In this document: positions 58,603 to 64,000 of the stretch, in pieces
How positions within the stretch are numbered: the stretch's first letter is position 1
How the letters are laid out: every line of letters begins with the position of its first letter
Made by a program: the position numbers and the translations under genes
From: Waddliaceae bacterium
GTDB lineage: Bacteria > Chlamydiota > Chlamydiia > Chlamydiales > Waddliaceae
DNA length: 64,000 nucleotides
Direction of reading: 5' to 3'
NCBI GenBank assembly: GCA_963724325.1
Contig: CAVRUH010000001.1
Span: forward strand, 480,001 to 544,000
Notes under the pieces: generated by a model
Told to the model about the DNA's origin: nothing
The model's input: the letters and a program-made list of their open reading frames with translations, nothing else
Databases searched by the model: none

Positions 58603-59843
58603 GATCGAAAATATGGGTCGAAGTGAAAGCCCAAATGCTGGTCTTCAACTGAGTCTGCGATGTGTTTTTTTGGATGACGCGAATGATCAAATTCACGATG
58701 AGGATTCATAAATAGTTCTAAGATCTCATCTGTAATTTGAACACGAGCCTCCTGGTGCTCACGCAATACTCCCCAAACTACCTCTATTGTTTTCTTTTTA
58801 ACCTCTGAGGTCATCATCCTTCCTGCCTGATATTCCTTGGCAATTCTTTTTAGTTCTATGTCGTCATCAAGGAAATAAAGCAAGTAATGATACGCCACAT
58901 CTACAGCCAAATTCGCCCCTTTTTCAATATGTTCCTGTTTAGTCATTCCCCCGCCGGAAAAGGCCTTTTCCCTAATTTTTTTGGAGACCATTTCCTCTGT
59001 ATCATTCATGAAAATCACTTCTTTTTGACCGGTAGAACTTGCTTTGTCATGTGCATGTTCCAGGCTAGGTAAAAAACGGGATTGGATAGTTGCAGGTTTC
59101 TTAAAGCCTATTTTGCGAGCAATTTCCCGCGCCATCTTGAAATATGGATATTGATCAATTGCCATAGGCACAAGGCAATACAACTGCTGATCTTTGAATA
59201 TATTCTCAAATGAGGTGCTAAATGCCGGAGCCGCCTGAAAACAAGGCCAACTTAATTGACCAACGCTATTATTCAAATCCAATCCATAAATACCATGAAT
59301 CATATTCCCCGAGGTGTGCTTCATAATCATGACAATATTGCGATAATAAGATCCACCAACGGTTTCCAAATTTGAAAAAATCCACGTTTTCTGCGGGTTA
59401 AAACCACAGGCGATAATATCTTTGGCATTAAAACGCACCAAGCGGTTAGCCTCTTCTAAAGGAAGATTATCTTTAAAATAATATTTTTCGTCATCAGTCA
59501 TCATCACTACAACAATGGCATCAAAGGCATCCTGAAGATATTTAGTAAACATAAAAGGTACCATATGACCAAGATGTAAAGATTCCGAACTTGGTCCTCT
59601 CCCAGTATATAAATAAATTTCTTCCCCTCGCTCATAAGCATCGAGCACTAGATTAAGATCTTTGTGAGAAAAGAAAATCCCTCTTCGCAACCAAGGATGA
59701 GCCTTCATTTTTGTGACACGCTCAAAACGACTTATCAGAGAACTATCAATAGGCTGACAAGCAAATTGTTCAATCAATTTCAAATAATCAATTCCAGTTG
59801 TGGAGGTCACTTCCCAAGGGGTTATCTTAGCTTCTTCTTCCAT
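58599..59843 (-). CDS. trpS: Tryptophan--tRNA ligase, eukaryotic/archaeal type
   Basis: PW.V....IDY.KLI..F, LRRGIFFSH, YLYTGRGPSS..LHLGH, AIDQ.PYF, AFSGG. Confidence 0.93.
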   Translation of the reverse strand: MEEEAKITPWEVTSTTGIDYLKLIEQFACQPIDSSLISRFERVTKMKAHPWLRRGIFFSHKDLNLVLDAYERGEEIYLYTGRGPSSESLHLGHMVPFMFTKYLQDAFDAIVVVMMTDDEKYYFKDNLPLEEANRLVRFNAKDIIACGFNPQKTWIFSNLETVGGSYYRNIVMIMKHTSGNMIHGIYGLDLNNSVGQLSWPCFQAAPAFSTSFENIFKDQQLYCLVPMAIDQYPYFKMAREIARKIGFKKPATIQSRFLPSLEHAHDKASSTGQKEVIFMNDTEEMVSKKIREKAFSGGGMTKQEHIEKGANLAVDVAYHYLLYFLDDDIELKRIAKEYQAGRMMTSEVKKKTIEVVWGVLREHQEARVQITDEILELFMNPHREFDHSRHPKKHIADSVEDQHLGFHFDPYFRS

Positions 59844-59847
59844 ATAA

Positions 59848-60990
59848 TTATGACTCCTTTATTATTTCTAATATTATTACAGAAATAGCAAATAGAATCA
59901 CTAAAGAAAGCGTCCATTTTCCTCCAGGAACGAATCGAACTGGCCCCTTCCAAGCCATTAAAGCTGGTAGAATTCCAAATAATATTACCGCTCCATAAGC
60001 TCCAGCACAAGATAACGCCACCAAAAAAACTTTAGGATAAACCAAACCAAATAAAAATGGGGGAAGGAGGCATAAAGCAATCAAAATTATTTTACCGAAG
60101 GGGGTCTTTTTGATTCGCAAACCGTCCGAAAGGAAGTCAACAAAACTCAAAGCAACACTCAATAAAGAAGTTACAATCGCAAAAAAGGCAAATAAATCAG
60201 CTATATCAACAATCCATCCCGAACCAATAGTATGCCTTAAAGAGCGGGTTGCCATTTCTCCCCCGTCAACTGCCTGACGGAGCCCATCTAGCGGTATCAA
60301 ACCAAGAATCACAAATTCCCATACGAGATAAACCAGCAGGGGGATGCCGCTTCCAATTAAGATCATCGTTCTTAGCTGTTTAACATTTCCCTCCATGTAG
60401 GTCCTTAGAGTCGGAATGAGGTTGTGATATCCAAAAGAAATCACCATGGCAGGGACCACAAACGCAGCCGCAGTCCAGTCAGTCTGTTTGAGATAATCCA
60501 TATGTACATAAGGCACACCAAAAAAGACCAGCAACACATAAGTGATGAATACTCCGACCATAAGAAATCTGTTGAAATGGTCCACGCTTGCTGTCCCCAA
60601 ATAAAGAAAAATAGCAAAAACAAGCAACATCAAGAAGCTGGCAACCGATTCATGAAGATTTGTAAAATCCGAAATCAACTGGCCCGTCCCGATTATATAC
60701 GCAACCATAAGCGAATAGAAAAGGAAGGTAAACAAAAGCCACGTTAGATATTTACCAATGGGTCCCAACGAACCTTCCGCCATCGACAGAAGATTTGTTC
60801 CATTCGGAAATCGTAAGTTAACCTCAAGTACAATCAACCCCGTAACAGCCATGAAGAGCCACGAGACAAAAAATAATAGTACAGACGGCTGAAACCCGGC
60901 TACTCCGGTTAATACAGGCAATCCTAACATTCCCGCGCCTATGCAGCATCCGGCAATAAGAAGAATTCCACCCCACATTTTACTTATCAT
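59848..60990 (-). CDS. Aromatic amino acid permease (TyrP/Mtr, HAAAP family)
   Basis: GGILLIAG..IGAGMLGLP, SFGYHNLIP, GS.IPL..YLVW. Confidence 0.9.
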   Translation of the reverse strand: MISKMWGGILLIAGCCIGAGMLGLPVLTGVAGFQPSVLLFFVSWLFMAVTGLIVLEVNLRFPNGTNLLSMAEGSLGPIGKYLTWLLFTFLFYSLMVAYIIGTGQLISDFTNLHESVASFLMLLVFAIFLYLGTASVDHFNRFLMVGVFITYVLLVFFGVPYVHMDYLKQTDWTAAAFVVPAMVISFGYHNLIPTLRTYMEGNVKQLRTMILIGSGIPLLVYLVWEFVILGLIPLDGLRQAVDGGEMATRSLRHTIGSGWIVDIADLFAFFAIVTSLLSVALSFVDFLSDGLRIKKTPFGKIILIALCLLPPFLFGLVYPKVFLVALSCAGAYGAVILFGILPALMAWKGPVRFVPGGKWTLSLVILFAISVIILEIIKES

Positions 60991-62624
60991 TTTTTATCCA
61001 ACATTTTGTTTTTCAGCTTTTTTTGTTCTTGAGACATCCGTCCTAATTCGTACCCCTCGTAGTCGACAAATTTAAAAAATCGTTCAAATTGCGGGATGGC
61101 ATTTATCGTCTGTCTTGCCAATTCTTGGGCCACTTTTCTATAAGCAGGATGGCCAGCAGGGGAAGAACGAAGTTCGCACAACCATTGGAGGGAGCGCAAG
61201 TTCACATGGAAGTACCAGCGGATATTATAGGCCATCGGAACAACGTACTGTGCCTCTTCCGGAAGCTCAGTGGCAATCGTATCAAAGGCCTCTTTGGCTT
61301 TCTCCATCACTTTGTGATATTCCGCCTCAATTTCCATTCCTTCGATCTCTGGAGGAGTAAAATAGCCGTAATCGCAACACAGTTGTTGACGCTCCTGCGT
61401 CAACATCCGGTGGCGGTGAAGGTCCCGATAAGCACCAAAATCCGTCAACATCTCAAAAGTAAAATTAGCATGCTCAAGGGCTCTAGGAGATTTATTGCGT
61501 CTGTTTTCTCGAGCACCGCATGCGGCATCGAGAATTCTCTCAACCTCATCTTTTGGAAGCTCTTTACAGTATTTCCAAAGGTCAGAGAATCCTTTATCTG
61601 AATTACCATACATGAGAGCAGCAGCTACTTTTGTGACAGCGTCTTGATCAAATGAGATTAGTGAGACGCCATTTTCCATGCTTCGCTGAGGAAAGGTCGC
61701 ATTCTGTGCGGTTACTAGGGCAATCTCTGCACTGCTTGCTTCGTGATACTGCGCATAATTTTTATGAGTGTGATGTGCGGGGTCTGAACGACGAATAAAA
61801 GATGGAATGACCTTCGACAGTTCCTCATGGGCTCGTTTTGCCATCTCTTGCATTTCCGCAAGATTGCTGCAATGCAATCTATGCAGCAAACTTTCGTAGA
61901 ATCGACCATTGGCGAAAATTCCCATATTAGTCAGGGTGCCAGAAGGGAGAAGACCTCTTAGACAGTCAAGAACTTTGGCCCTGAGAGCTGCCGAATAAGC
62001 CACTTTTGAAGTTTTTGGGTCGTGAGGCATCAATTTTTCGATTTTTTCGGTCAAGATTGGAATCATTTTACTGTACGTATCAAATAGCATATTGCAAGTC
62101 TCAATATAGAGATCCCTGTAAGCAGAAGTCATTAAGATTGGTTCGCGGTAAAAGAGGTATTCTCCCTTCACTTTTTGGTCAAAATAAATGTAGCGTGTAG
62201 ATTTCTCAAGAGGAGATCCTCCAATGCGACAATCTTCGATTATTTTGGCTGCTAACATTGAAATATTTTCAATTGCCAAGTGGGCTCCTCCCAGTTCGCC
62301 GATCGAGTCATCGCCATAACCATCGAGAATACGGTCATAAAAAGCTTGCGCCTTTTTTATAGCGAGCGATTGATCAGCACTTTGGGCTGAAGGGTTGACC
62401 CCAACGATTTCGGAGAATGCGCTCTCGTCAGTATTGCTAATAAACTCCTTTAATAAAAGAGTTCGGAGGCCCAAATTCGATCTGGAGTAGCGAGAAAAGA
62501 GCGCCCCCTTGATCACTTCAGGCAAGTTGCGTAGGACGAAAATGTGGCTAGAAGTGCTCGTCACATAGGTTTTCAAAATATTTATTTGACTTTCTGAGAA
62601 CTCTTCATAATTCTCTTCGAACAT
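60987..62624 (-). CDS. thyX: FAD-dependent thymidylate synthase, chlamydial two-domain form
   Basis: LFSRYSRS, GYGDDS, EKSTRY, RDLHRHR, ELRS. Confidence 0.93.
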   Translation of the reverse strand: MFEENYEEFSESQINILKTYVTSTSSHIFVLRNLPEVIKGALFSRYSRSNLGLRTLLLKEFISNTDESAFSEIVGVNPSAQSADQSLAIKKAQAFYDRILDGYGDDSIGELGGAHLAIENISMLAAKIIEDCRIGGSPLEKSTRYIYFDQKVKGEYLFYREPILMTSAYRDLYIETCNMLFDTYSKMIPILTEKIEKLMPHDPKTSKVAYSAALRAKVLDCLRGLLPSGTLTNMGIFANGRFYESLLHRLHCSNLAEMQEMAKRAHEELSKVIPSFIRRSDPAHHTHKNYAQYHEASSAEIALVTAQNATFPQRSMENGVSLISFDQDAVTKVAAALMYGNSDKGFSDLWKYCKELPKDEVERILDAACGARENRRNKSPRALEHANFTFEMLTDFGAYRDLHRHRMLTQERQQLCCDYGYFTPPEIEGMEIEAEYHKVMEKAKEAFDTIATELPEEAQYVVPMAYNIRWYFHVNLRSLQWLCELRSSPAGHPAYRKVAQELARQTINAIPQFERFFKFVDYEGYELGRMSQEQKKLKNKMLDKK

Positions 62625-62703
62625 ACATTTACCTCTGGGTCTGGTTATTTCGTGGTATTTAGCGTGCCAGATAATCGAACAAGTTTCAAGTAAAATTTAT
62701 TTT

Positions 62704-63267
62704 TCATGAACTATAGCGGTGATGTTTTCTGAATTTATACAGACGTTCGGTGAAGCCACCCTCGTTTTTGAATGCTTCGGTCTGTGCTTGTATTTGTTTG
62801 TTTAACAGTGAGCAAGTAACTTGTATTAAGACCAATACGGTATTGGCCGCTATTTGGGGGACAGGTTCATTATCTCGAATATGGACTCCTTTTACCCATG
62901 CAGCAACCTGGTTAGCAGAAGAAAAGCGCGCAGACACAATTTCCATTCGACGCTTGTCCTTTCTCCTCCAAACAGCATAATTTCCCTATCGAATAAAATC
63001 TTCGTAATCGAGAAGTAACTCTTCTAGACTCGCCCTGGCCACGTTAGTTAATTTAAGTTCTGTTTTCTTTGAGGTACCCGAGGCCTGGCTTCCTTCAGCA
63101 ATATTCTGAACCCCCGAGCGGGCAGCCTGCACCATCTGATCATGTGTGCGACTGTATTTTCTAAGAAATTTATCGCAAAAACGCAGGGTAACATCATAAA
63201 CAAGCCTGGCGATCTGAAAGCTTTTCAGATTCCGATATCCCCCATGTGTTGGAATTAAATTGTCCAT
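62704..63267 (-). pseudogene. Four-helix-bundle protein with suffix domain, interrupted by in-frame TAG
   Basis: HGGYRNL, DQMVQAARSG.QNIAEG, ARASLEELL.DYEDF; TAG at 62986-62988 then the same frame continues to AAN...EGGFTERLY. Confidence 0.85.
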
Positions 63268-63316
63268 AATCGAAAAATCCTACATCATCAAACACTATTT
63301 TCTCAAGATTTTAATC

Positions 63317-63350
63317 GTCCATAAAGTCCATTTCGTCCATAATTGTCCAT
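63317..63350. repeat. Short tandem repeat of GTCCAT, period 9-10
   Basis: GTCCAT at 63317, 63326, 63335, 63345. Confidence 0.8.
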
Positions 63351-64000
63351 ATGAACAACGATATTTTACAATGGAACCGCGAGGGACTTATTCCTGGTCC
63401 AAACGAGTCCGAAGAAACATACCGGCAAAGAGTTGCTTATTGCCTAAATTTGGATAAAGAAACTTTGCCTCTAAAGGAAGAGGAAAAAGCTGACAAAAGT
63501 TTTTTATCTTCGGCCCTCTCTCAAACAAAAGAATTATTCGATATTGTCCCAGAATGGATCCCCCTCTTTTTCAGCAATTATAAACTGGCTCCTTGGCATG
63601 GAGGGTGCGCCTGGATCTTCCAAGTGACAGAAAATTCCCCAACTGGAGCCATTTTTCAACTCAGACGATCATTCTGGAAATCAACAAAATACCTTGGCAT
63701 GTATGACCGGGACGAACTCATCGCCCACGAGCTCGCTCATGTGGGCAGAATGGTCTTTGAAGAACCCATCTTCGAAGAATTCCACGCCTATCGCACATCA
63801 AAGTCCAGTTTTAGAAGATGGTTAGGACCCATCATTCAATCTCCTAGAGAAAGCATTTTATTCATTTTACTGTTTCCCCTCATTTTTTTTGCACTGATAA
63901 GGCTCATCCGACGTCAGTTCCAATTTAAAAAATGCCTGAACAACCTCAGTTTTTTTTCAAATCCCAATGCCGTTATATATCGATTAACCGACAAGGAAAT
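63351..64000 (+). CDS. Hypothetical protein with HExxH motif (runs off window)
   Basis: Manual translation open to the end: MNNDILQWNREGLIPGPNE...PWHGGCAW...AHELAHVGR..FEE. Confidence 0.75.
   Translation, partial: MNNDILQWNREGLIPGPNESEETYRQRVAYCLNLDKETLPLKEEEKADKSFLSSALSQTKELFDIVPEWIPLFFSNYKLAPWHGGCAWIFQVTENSPTGAIFQLRRSFWKSTKYLGMYDRDELIAHELAHVGRMVFEEPIFEEFHAYRTSKSSFRRWLGPIIQSPRESILFILLFPLIFFALIRLIRRQFQFKKCLNNLSFFSNPNAVIYRLTDKE

Noticed and set aside
62986..62988. TAG stop-codon reassignment
   Set aside because: TAG ends several intact genes here (e.g. gspF at 22329, mnmE at 33149); only one internal case was seen
62704..63350. Diversity-generating retroelement (Avd-like four-helix bundle)
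   Set aside because: No reverse transcriptase and no TR/VR repeat pair in the window

Overview
Chromosomal segment of an environmental chlamydia (Chlamydiota, Parachlamydiales-like). This is inferred from the chlamydial-type T2SS cluster, stand-alone nqrA, tandem-domain thyX, the nth-mnmE and trpS-uvrB adjacencies and a SAM/SAH-transporter-like DMT. Core blocks (T2SS, cyoABCDE, mnmE/nth, thyX-aromatic amino acid permease-trpS-uvrB) alternate with accessory DNA: a sulfatase/Ntn-hydrolase/sulfonate-ABC cluster, four stand-alone ATPase-nuclease genes, an S1/P1 nuclease, a BTB/POZ protein, a gnd-zwf island, an RND pump and a collagen-like protein. Main observations: (1) the tryptophanyl-tRNA synthetase next to uvrB is of the eukaryotic/archaeal type; (2) a candidate Cys-His-Gln (Cif-like) deamidase effector; (3) five accessory loci (glgP, H+-ATPase, S41 peptidase and two toxin-antitoxin pairs) collapsed by large internal deletions that keep both ends, with the toxin part lost in both TA loci; (4) several REP/MITE-like palindromic elements, and operator-like palindromes over ATPase promoters. 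No rRNA, tRNA, CRISPR array or transposase was recognised. All family assignments come from reading motifs by eye, not database searches.
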